Shown here: piece after piece, positions 1-14,060 of the stretch
Layout of the letters: each line of letters starts with the position of its first letter
Numbering within the stretch: the first letter of the stretch is position 1
From: Vannella sp.
Lineage: Eukaryota
Length of the DNA stretch: 35,032 bases
NCBI GenBank assembly: GCA_023345925.1
Contig: JAJQQN010001015.1
Span: forward strand, 1 to 35,032
Reading direction: 5' to 3'
Made by a program: the position numbers and the translations under genes
The notes under the pieces: generated by a model
What the model saw: only the letters and a program-made list of their open reading frames with translations
Databases searched by the model: none
What the model was told of the DNA's origin: nothing

Positions 1-839
1 AGGATCAAAGTTCATCAGGCCAGTTGTCACTAGAAAAGTACTAACTCGATTGATACTCAGAGAATTCCTATTTCGTGGCAGGGAAACCCAAACCAAATTT
101 GTAAAGAGTCAGTATACACTTTGCTGTAGAAGAAGAGATCACCAAAGCTCTTCAGAAGAAGATAAAAATGATGAAGACGAATTCGGATAGCACCCTGAGC
201 TCTGCCAAGTCCAAACTCCCAAAAACACATTGAAAGATGAGTAATATTATGCGTAAAGGACTTGTGGTACAAACGTTGGCAGGACGATATGCTGTATCCA
301 ATCAAGGACAACGATTCCTTATGAGCGCTTTGAAAGACTCCATTGACGGAACCCCTGGCTCCGCTACTCAGTTTTTTAGCTTTAGAAACTTCAAATCTCC
401 CTTGGTGTAAACTACCAGGATCCCAGGAGCTGATGAAATTGATGGAAAGGGAAAATCGGGTTTTGCATTTTGAAGCCAGTCGAGGGTCTTTTAATGCCTC
501 AAGTTTATGAAATGAATAGACATTTGTTTGTTCTAACTAAAGAATGACACTCACTATCAGGTCCACAGCTAGGGAGCTGCAACGGACTTTCGACGCTCCA
601 GGCCGGACTTTCGACGGGAACGAGGAATAACCTTTACCAATGAACTTTTTATGTGTTTTGACGAGATCAATTTTTTTAAAAAAAAAGGTAAAACTTGCCG
701 CGAGCGACAAACATTAACTGGATTTTCAAAAGGATTGTGACTAGAAATTTAACTTTTGCCGTAAAACAAGCCCTTCGTGCCAAGAACGATGGTGCGAGTC
801 CACATCCAATGCCTCCCAAAAATTTCAATCCTCTGAAGA

Positions 840-1600
840 TATCTCATTTTACTAGTCGGACATGCCCACGAGCAGAACGGAATGTTCGACTGGACAGGAC
901 ACTTTCGTTGAAGACCCGCACTACGCCACTCCACGGTAGTTTATCTCTCAACCTCTGGGAATATGCTCCCTTCGAGATATGGCATGGCTGAAAACCGAAT
1001 GTATCGAGTTTTCAGTATTGTGGCGTATCCCCACATTCCCGCAGCTACACGAAACAAACTTCAGCCCGCTCAAATGATATTCATCAGGTATTGCCCATCA
1101 CCCGGAGGATACCAATTTCTGGATCCTGAACCCCGGACAGTCCGTTTCTCGGTTCACACGAAAATCAAGAGTAGACCAGTTCAGCGATGACCTAGAAACA
1201 GTTCGTGTCCTTTTGAATCCCTCTTCTAAAAAATTGGAAGCCATTAAATTTTGATGCGAAGACCGCATTCTTGAATGGCACTATGGACGAAGAGATTTAT
1301 CTCAAACCTCCACATCTTCAGGGAAAAGGTAAAAATATGGAAACTCAAGAAAGCCCTTGATGGCCAAAAACAAGCAATTAGAGCTTTGTGTAAAACGATC
1401 CTCATCAGCAAACAAATCCGCGGGATAATTGCCTGCTTAAATGATGCTGTTTTTTCAGGAAACCAATTCCTAACTCTTCTGAGCGCGAGTTCAGGCGGAT
1501 GACTTTCTGGTGGTCATGAAAAATGAAGACTTCATGTTTTTGAGCTCTTCAAGACACTCAACGACCATTTCCCGACCAAAGATCTTGGTGTCCCTTCCCT
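840..1600 (+). mobile_element. Degenerate, internally deleted Ty1/copia retrotransposon pol relic
   Basis: Motifs are scattered across frames with stops and frameshifts. Integrase tail: ISHFTSRTCPRAERNVRLDRTL and APFEIWHG. SH3-like: RVFSIVAYPHIPAATRNKLQP..IFIRY..GYQFLDP. RT: FDAKTAFLNGTMDEEIYLKPP (~1250-1312), KLKKALDGQKQAIRA, VQADDFLVV (YVDD equivalent) and FPTKDLG. The INT-before-RT order is copia-type. No LTRs recognised. Confidence 0.85.
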
Positions 1601-2324
1601 CCATTCGGGAACTACAATCACCACCGGATGAAAAGTCTCAGGCATACCAAGGAAAGAAAAATCCTCACTCATGCATCATTCCTAAGAAAACACCGCAAAG
1701 GAGCTGGAGAGTTCTTCCGCCCTAAACGCGACAAGGCCGGCTCCTATAAACTCCCATTATTTCAACAGGATATTCAGAGACACGTCTATACTGGCCATCT
1801 AGTATCTTATCTGAAGCACCATCTATCATAGAGTCACTCCATAAAGACTTGATTCTACCTACTTGGAATAAGAAGAGAACGATTCCATAGTTCAGAAAAG
1901 AGTTGATAATGCAATTGAGCATGATTAAAAGGGTAGTTTTGAAGACGAGTCCGAAAAAGGTCCGCAATGTATCCTCTTTGGTCTTCAAGAGACTCGACAG
2001 ATTTGCCACGTTTTGAAGCCTCCCTGCTGGTAAGGGAGTGGCTAGAACTCGTATTTGCATAGCTTGTCCTGATGACCTCCATCTCTTCAGGATAAGCTTT
2101 TGGAGTGATTTCATTTTTTCTCTTTTTGGATGTTTGAGGACCCAAACAAGGGGAAATGCCCTCGCCACTCGGACTTCTCTCAAGGAGAAAACTCCATCCC
2201 TGAATCCTTGTTGGTGAGCAATAACCATCCCTGATTCACATCATTCGAGAATTGGACCAACCATGGCGATTCCTGAAAAATTCGGGATAATCATTCCAGA
2301 GTCATTTTTGGTCTTTCCTTCAGA

Positions 2325-2783
2325 ATGGACTGTCAGGAGGTTGTTGATGGTCTATTCTTGGGCAGTGCCAGAGCTTCGAAGGATCTTGAAGGGTTGCGAG
2401 CCAGGGGAGTGACTCATGTAGTCAATGTGGCTGGCAAACAGTTTTGGGCGGGAACTTTGGAGTATCATCGCTGCTTCTTTACAGATGCAGCAGGTTCTGG
2501 CTCACCTCTCCTTGGCCATCTGCCAGGCGTATGCGACTTCATCAACAAGGCTTTATCCCAAAACGGCAAAGTCCTCATCCATTGCCAAGGCGGAATGAGT
2601 CGCTCTCCGGCTCTTCTGATGGCCTACCTCATCCGTGACCGCCACATTCCATTTCATGATGCCTTCGCTCTCGTCCAAGCAAAGAGGCCCGCCATCCGAC
2701 CCAATTTGGCCTTCCTTCCAGCCCTCCACCAACTCAACGGCACCTCTTCCCCCATCCCCACGAGGTGGCCTTCCACCAAATAG
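2325..2783 (+). CDS. Atypical dual-specificity protein phosphatase (152 aa, intronless)
   Basis: GLFLGS, GVTHVVN, catalytic VLIHCQGGMSRS (HCx5R), AYLI and RPAIRPN motifs. Confidence 0.93.
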   Translation: MDCQEVVDGLFLGSARASKDLEGLRARGVTHVVNVAGKQFWAGTLEYHRCFFTDAAGSGSPLLGHLPGVCDFINKALSQNGKVLIHCQGGMSRSPALLMAYLIRDRHIPFHDAFALVQAKRPAIRPNLAFLPALHQLNGTSSPIPTRWPSTK

Positions 2784-3024
2784 ACCCAGTGCGGATACAG
2801 CCACAGGTAGAGCAAGAAACGCGCAAGCTAGGACAAGTGTATTCACTTTGGGTAACTCGCAGAGTACATTCCGGAACCGCTCCTCAAGGAATGGCCAAGC
2901 AAAGCCCAACATGGCTCTCTCTGACCAACCCGCCCTCCAAAGGGGCTTTCCTGATCTCCATGTGAAAGAGTCCTTCCAGGCATCAATTCAAACAAAGGAA
3001 ATAACCATTTTGAAAAGGAAGGGA

Positions 3025-7054
<4,030 letters not shown>

Positions 7055-7179
7055 AAGGTCTCCAATTTTTCCCGATCTTAATCAATGAAATTGGATTTAA
7101 CACTTCACTTTGAGAGTTTCGATTTTGCCATTTTTATTTGCCCTTCCACTGCCTGCCTTCTCCTTCTGCCTCGTTCCTG

Positions 7180-8867
7180 ATGAACGATGAACATTTTGAT
7201 ACACCCTCATCAGAGGACAGCGGTGATGAGGAGACACGTGCGTACTGGGAGCCTCCTGCCTTGGCGATGCCAGGTGCTGGAGGAGGGAGGGACGCGTCAG
7301 CGCCACTCCCTAGCTTCTACATAAACACTTGGAGAGAGACAATGACAGAACCGTACAATTGTATTTATAAACCTGCTCCCCTTCGTACGCTCGAACAGGC
7401 GTATGACAGCCTGGAGAAGATCGGGCGGGGAACCTTCGGGCAAGTGCACGCTCCTCTCCCACCCTCTCCTCTTGGCTCTGGCCCTGGATGTTAATGTGGC
7501 TATTGGTAGAACTGTATTCCGTGCTCGCGACCGAACAACTGGCGAAGTCGTCGCCATCAAACAAACAACCATTACTAACGAAAAGGAAGGTGTACGTCCC
7601 TCCCTCACCCCTCATTAGTCCCTCCGTTCATCTTACACACGTCAGACACCTGTTACTGCCCTCCGAGAGGTCCAAATCCTGTCCCAATGCGCCCATCCCA
7701 ACGTGGTGAAGCTGAAGGAAGTCGTTACCTCGCAGGGTGAGTCTCCCCCGTGGTTCTTTATGCATCAAGTGACAGTTGGGGATGTAGAGAAAGGCTTCCT
7801 GGACGGTCAAGGCGCAATCTACCTGGTGTTCGAGTACATGGACCACGACTTGACCGGCCTCCTTGATGAACACTGGAGGGACCTCACAGAACGTCAAGTC
7901 AAGTCTCTCTTCTACCAACTCCTCTGCGGGTTAGACTTCTGCCACTCTCAGGAAGTCCTCCACCGCGATATCAAAGGATCCAACATGTTAGTGGACAACC
8001 AAGGCACTCTGAAGCTCGCGGACTTTGGCCTGTCGCGATACCTCCCCCCTGATATGTACGAACGAGATCGACACCTTACTAACCGTGTGATCACACTGTG
8101 GTATCGCCCACCAGAGATCCTCCTTGGATCCACCAAGTATCACAAGTCTGCCGATGTTTGGTCTGCAGGGTGAGTCCCTGTCGTTACTTCCTTCCTGTAG
8201 CTCTACTCACACGCCTTAGATGCATTCTGGCTGAGCTACTCACCGGCAAACCTCTCTTCCAAGGCACAAACGAACTCGAGACGAGGACCAGATCTTTCGC
8301 ATCTGCGGGACTCCCACGAGAGAGGACTGGCCTGATGCCTTTGAACTGAGCTTCTTCACCTTGATGAAGCCCCGTGTTCAACACCAGCGGGATCTGCGAT
8401 CGCTCGTCACAGGGCCTAACATGACCGACTTGGCGTTGGACCTTCTAGGACAGCTGCTTTCGATGAATCCTGACCAGAGGCCCACCGCTCAGCAAGCCTT
8501 GGAGCATCCCTACTTCTGCACGGCTCCCTTCCCCCTCCCAACACCATTCGACTACAGCCCCTGCCACGAGATGCAGTCGAAAGAGGCACGGCGGAGGCGA
8601 CAGGAAGGCACTGACAACGTGATTAGCTCTCCTCCCTTCAAAGTGCCCAGGAGGTCAGCCTCCCCCTTACACACCGAATCCCAAACCCTCCCTCCGCCCT
8701 TCCCCCGGTCTTCTCTCTCCCTCTACCCCACCTTTGCACCTCCCGAACGATCGTTTCAACCCTCCTTCCCACCAGGATGGGAGCAATACTCGGTCTCTAC
8801 GCACCCAAACCCAAAGCCAGTACCTTTCCCTTCCCTCTCTCAGAACACTGGTTGGGGTCGGCGTTGA
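7180..8867 (+). CDS. CDK9/CDK12/CDKC-like cyclin-dependent kinase (contains a 1-nt frameshift near 8281-8285)
   Basis: IGRGTFGTVF (after the GC-AG intron), VAIK, EGTPVTALRE, YLVFEYMDHDL, HRDIKGSN, DFGLSR, TNRVITLWYRPPE and DVWSAGCI motifs; Pro-rich tail. Four introns. Confidence 0.9.
7440..7509 (+). other. GC-AG intron (70 nt) in the CDK9/12-like gene
   Basis: GG|gcaagt...ggtag|A restores GTFG-TVFRARD. The nearby GT donor gives the wrong frame. Confidence 0.8.
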
Positions 8868-8924
8868 GCCCAAGGACGCGTCTAAACCTCACTTTTGGAG
8901 CCATTTCCTTTCGCTTTGGTGGGG

Positions 8925-11444
8925 ATGGAAGGCGTGGCGGACCTGTTGGAGGTTCGCGATGTTCTTGCGCCCACTTCGGTCCCGATCGACCCTGCCGGGG
9001 TGGTGATGGAGAGTGAGGCGCTTCTCTTTTCATCTGGAGAGGTGCCGCAGAGCCGGAAGCAGGCAAACGGCGTCGTGGTTCCGTTTGGGGCTCTCTTCTC
9101 GCCCTTTATGGACTCGCCCGCGGCGGGGACTCTCAGTCGTACGCCAACTCTGTGTCGATCGTGTGGCTCCTATGCTCATTGCTATTGTCACGTCGAGTTT
9201 GACCCAACAGACGACAGTGCACGATGGACTTGCTCCTTCTGCGGCGAAAGAGCGTTCTATCTTCCTCCCGGTAGTGAGAACGCCCATCGCAGCCTCTTTC
9301 CTGAACTCAATGAGCCCCTCTTCGACTATCCTGATCGCTCGCAAGGGTTCTACACCTCTTCATCTCGCCCATTCTCTTACATCCTCCTTCTGGACACCAC
9401 TTGGGAGCAGGAAAGCATGTTTGTGAGTTACCTGCCACCTGAAATCTCTCTGCCCATGCTCATATGAGTGACTTTGGTTAGAAAGCAGTATCTGTCCTCT
9501 CAGCTCTACTTGACACCCTCCCTGACGAGTGTCACATTGCCTTGATAACATTTGGGGCAGTCGTTTCTCTTTATGAGCTGACCAGCAGGCACATCACTTC
9601 TTGTGAGGTCTATTCTGGAGAGTCAGAGATATCTGAGGAGGAGGTTTCTGCCCTGCAGAGCCGCCGGAATCGCTTTTTGGTAAATCTGGGGCATTGGCGT
9701 GCTCACTTGAAAGCCACATTAAAGGTGGGTCCCTTGCGAATCGCTACTATCTACCGGCTGACTTGACCATAGCAACTCGTCCTTTTTGCGCCCATCAAGC
9801 ACCTCTCACGAGTTCCACAGCAGCGAGCGTTTGGTGGTGCAGTTCAATTAGCTACTCAATTGGCTCAAGGTCTGCCCCTCTGGCACCCCCAATTAGTTAA
9901 CCATCTCATTTTCCCGTAGAACCTGCAGGAGAGGAGGTTGATGGACGATTAGTGAATGTCAATGGAGGGCAGATTATAGCGCTTATGGGAGGCTGCCCGA
10001 ACGCAGGTTTGGGGACTCTCCCTGCAACTCCCACTTCCGAAGACAGTGCAGATCTACAGACGGAGCACTCCACGGAGTTCTACCGCCGCCAAGCTCGTTT
10101 GGCAGGGAGGAATAACTGGCAATTCAATTTACACTGTATTGGTTTCCAAAGTTTCCGGATAAGGGTGCTTCACAACCTTGTTCTATCAAACGGAGGAAAT
10201 ATTCTCACTTACAAGTCCATCTCCGACACACAACAATTGATGGAGAACCTTATCATGGGAGTAACTCGCACTGGCTACCGCCGCAACGCTTCCTTTGAAG
10301 TCCGTTGCTCTCCGGGCATCAAAATATCGCACATTATCGGCCCTGCAGCTGGAGGAAATACTTCAGATGACGAGGGTTCTTTGGATCGATGTGTGATTAG
10401 CGCGCCTCAAGAGGAATTCACCTACACTCTATTCTATCTTATCGACGACATTCTCGTCCAAGATCACGTTTACTTCCAATTCGTGGTGCGCTTCTTCGAC
10501 AAATTGGGGCAACAGTAAGAAGACATTCTCAACGTGAGCTGAATACTCACTTTTAGACATAGGATGATCCGAGTAATGTCCTACAAGCTTCCTGTCTGTA
10601 AAACCGACCAATCTCTTGCTCTATCCCTCAAAGGTGACGTCACTGCTGTACTTATGGCTAAAAAGCACATTCTCCGTGCCCGTAAGCTCACCGGTTTGTC
10701 TCATCCTGACGTTATCAAAGCCGTGGATGAGCAAGTCCGAAACATTCTCTCTGCATTCAAGAAGAACCAAAACTTGGAACGAAGCCTTTCACTGCTTCCT
10801 AGATACCTTTTCCTCCTCCGTCGTGGCCCACTGCTTGGTCCTATTCTGCAACATGACGATGACATCGACTCGCTCCGGTGTATTTTCTTGCAGGCTCCCT
10901 TTCAAGCCTCGATTCGCCTTATCAATCCACCGTTCTACCGTGTTCTTCGAGGCGATTTCCAGCCAGTGAGTTCCTCTCTGATGAGAAACGCGTTAGTTGA
11001 CTCTCAGAGTAGATGCCTTTGGAGACACTTTCACTCCAATCTGAAAACGTCCTCCTTTTGGATCAGCAGACAGATATTTTGATCTGGGAGGGCAAGTCAG
11101 CAGGGGACCAGAGCTCTCTATTGGTTCAGGCCGCCAGAGAACTCGCTCTAGAACGCTCAAACAATCGATTCCCAAGGCCTTGCGTGCTTTCTTTCAAAGA
11201 GAAATCTTCAATGGCACGCTGGCTTCTCTGTCGTCTCATTCCTTCCCACCAAGACTCCAAAGAATCAATCTCACGGACCTTCCCCGAGGTAATTCACTTT
11301 CACTTCTTCCTTCTCTTTAACTCACCGAAAGCTCTCTCGCAGGTCCATTCCATGACCGAACTTCAATTCAAACGCTTTTGTGGTCAGTTCCTTCAAACTG
11401 ATGATTTTAGTTTCGACCAATACTGTGCAGCCCTCACCCAGTGA
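8925..11444 (+). CDS. Divergent Sec23-family COPII coat protein
   Basis: N-terminal zinc finger CRSC...WTCSFC, vWA trunk (YILLLD, IALITFG, GGCPNAGLG), YFQFVVRF, helical LRRGPLLG, and gelsolin-like LLLDQQTDILIWEG, RFPRP, ARWLLCRLIP. Six short GT-AG introns. Confidence 0.88.
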
Positions 11445-11464
11445 GGGCTTAACATAAACGGGGA

Positions 11465-11542
11465 GCATTTCCCCTGCATTTCCCCTGGCTGGAACATTTC
11501 CCCTGCATTTCCCTTGCATTTCCCTTGCATTTCCCCATTTCC
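11465..11542. repeat. Imperfect 11-bp tandem repeat (GCATTTCCC[C/T]T)n, about 6 units plus a partial
   Basis: Read directly; fills most of the intergenic gap between the Sec23-like stop and the CDK10/11 start. Confidence 0.9.
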
Positions 11543-11552
11543 TCGTGTCTCC

Positions 11553-12855
11553 ATGGCGGAGGCGGTTCGGTTGTTCCCCAGTTGTCGATCGATCACAGAG
11601 TTTGAACGGCTCAATGTGATTAATGAGGGAACCTATGGGAAAGTGTGTGCGTCTTGCTCTGCTTGTGTGAGTGGGAAGGGGGTCTGATCAAAGGGAATGA
11701 TTAGATCGGGCAAGGGACAAGCGAACAGGCCAGGTTGTTGCTTTGAAAGAGGTCAAACTTAATGTTGATGACAAGAGAGGCTTTTCAATCATCTCCCTCC
11801 GCGAGCTCACACTCCTGATGCAACTGCAGCACGAGAACGTCCTCGACGTGCGAGAGGTGGTAGTGGGAAGCGGCTTAAAAAGTGTCTTCATGGTCATGGA
11901 GTTCTTAGAGCATGATCTACGGGTTCTAATGGAGAACATGCGGGGCCCTTTCCTCACTCCCGAGATCAAGTGCATCCTCTTGCAACTTCTCAAGGGAATG
12001 AGCTATCTGCACGCCAATTGGATCATTCATCGCGACCTCAAGACAGCCAATCTCCTTTTAAGCAACCAGGGTATCCTCAAGATCGCTGACTTTGGCTTGG
12101 CCCGCCAGTTTGGCTCTCCAGCCCCGCATTTGTCCCCGAATGTGGTAACTTTATGGTATCGTGCACCCGAACTTCTTCTAGAGGAGAGGAAATATACCCC
12201 TGCAGTCGACATGTGGTCTGTTGGATGCATCTTCGCAGAACTTCTCACCAGAAAGCCTCTTTTCCAGTCTGACGGAGGAGAGATGGCTCATATGAATGTG
12301 GTGAGTGGCTTTCGAAGAGAACCAGGTCATCTTTTCACGAAGAGTAGATGTTTGCTATCATGGGAACGCCCCAGGAAACTACTTGGCCGGGTTGCTCGGA
12401 GTTACCTTTAATGCAAAAGTTTAAATTCCACCCTCCCAGAGCCTACCGACTTCACGAGGTTATCTCTCCCTCGTCTATTACAGCAAATGGGTTCGATCTC
12501 CTTTCAAAGTCCGATTCCCGCGCCGATTCCGGATTTCCATGAACTAACGCACCTTTCCAGACTCTTGGCAATGGACCCCAAACAGCGGATTACAGCTGAA
12601 GAGGCCCTTTCACATCCTTATTTTACGGATCATCCACCTCCACAACACCCCTCCATGATGCCAACCTTCCCCTCCCATGCCGACCCTGAATCTCGGTCAG
12701 TCTCTCCTCTCTCCATCTTTTCCTTGCTAAGCATCCGTAGCTCCCTCCGAGGCAATGAAGACAAGCTCAATGCGAACCTTGATGCCCAAGAGGACCGCGG
12801 ACTCCTCAACGACTCTCTCTTGTCGGAAGGAGCGGGTTTCCAACTGCGTTTCTAG
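11553..12855 (+). CDS. CDK10/CDK11 (PITSLRE-family) kinase
   Basis: [82 protein letters not shown] and terminal GFQLRF. Four GT-AG introns. Confidence 0.92.
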
Positions 12856-12980
12856 AAGACACCTTCGCCCTCTGCTCCTGGGCGTTGGCAAAGAGGTGCA
12901 ATGTTCTCTTAAGTCACTCCATCACCCGGAGGTTCGCTCTTTAAACCGCAAAAGAGTCATTTCTTGCTCTTCACCTGGCC

Positions 12981-13922
12981 ATGGCGGGAAGGGAGATCAT
13001 TCAGACAAAGCTCGTGTTCTTAGGCGAAGCGGCGGTCGGGAAGAGTAGTGTTGTGCTTCGCTTTGTCAAGGACGAGTTCTCTTCTTCTTCTGAGAGCACC
13101 ATTGGGGGTGAGATGCAACACTTGCGGTTTACCAGTCTCTTACGCTATGGGGTGGCGTACAGCGGCTTTCCTCACAGCTCAGATTGATATCAATGAACGA
13201 CAGACAGTCAAGTACGAGATCTGGGACACCGCTGGCCAGGAGAATATCCTCTTCCCCTTTCCTTCCTTCCTCCCATCCCCCTCCTCATCCTCACTGTTGC
13301 TCCTTGACTAAGACGCTTTGATCACGGTTCCATAGCTTAGCTCCAATGTACTACCGAGGTGCCCAAGCTGCAATCGTTGTGTACGACATCACCAATCCCG
13401 TAGGCTCTCTTCCTCCTCCAAGGCCTCAGCGATCCTCACTCTCCAAAGGCCTCGTTTGAGAAGGCCAAGTCGTGGGTCTCTGAGCTTCAGGTGGAGGGGA
13501 ACCCAGACGTAGTCATTGCCTTGGCTGGGAACAAGACCGTACGCCTTCCTCGAGGTCTCTACCTGACCTCACGGTGTCTTCATAGGATATGGAAGACTCT
13601 CGAGCTGTTTTAGAGGGCCAAGCACGAGTCTTTGCAGAGAAGGAGGGTCTCGTCTTTATGGAGTGCTCTGCTAAGACCGGCACCAACGTCAAAGAGCTCT
13701 TCAATGAAGTAGGTGAGTATAGCCTTCACTTTGGTGGTCTTTTCCTCACCCACAAGCAGCAAAGCGAATGCCAAGCATCTGCAAACCAGTACGGCCCTTC
13801 TCCTCCTGCCGTTCCCACTCTGACACCACTTACAGAAGCCACAAAGGACCCAAGCAGTTCCTCGCTCCACCACAGTACGGCCAGGAGCCGCACCACCTCC
13901 AGCAGACTCGGGGTGCTGCTAA
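12981..13922 (+). CDS. RAB5: Rab5-family small GTPase
   Basis: Spliced protein reads [61 protein letters not shown] and C-terminal DSGCC-stop. Six introns, one of them AT-AC. Confidence 0.93.
13244..13325 (+). other. U12-type (minor spliceosome) AT-AC intron, 82 nt
   Basis: 5' end ATATCCTC, branch site TCCTTGAC at 13301-13308, 3' end ..ATCAC. Removal yields GAG A|GG TTC = E-R-F within WDTAGQERFHSL. Confidence 0.92.
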
Positions 13923-14060
13923 GTTGAAGGATTCCTCTCAATACAACGCGTCTCCACTTGCTCTAGCTGCACAAGCAGCTTCTCTTGCTTACCACTGATG
14001 CAGAAGAGCCTGCATGACGCCCTGCGAAGGTTCATTTGTTGGAGTCCCGTCGAGGCTGTC

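Noticed and set aside
1..540. Possible terminal exon or small ORFs at the window start
   Set aside because: No homology signal or consistent splice model is visible.
1722..2228. 168-aa and 96-aa minus-strand ORFs
   Set aside because: No recognisable motifs, and they lie in the decayed region next to the copia relic; cannot be supported as genes.
2635..3024. N-terminal extension of the PI3K ORF overlapping the phosphatase gene
   Set aside because: Probably incidental open frame. ATG 3025 follows the CCATTTT motif and avoids the overlap; ATG 2911 is not excluded.
11465..11542. CRISPR array or telomeric repeat
   Set aside because: Eukaryotic context, 11-bp units without spacers, and an internal position.
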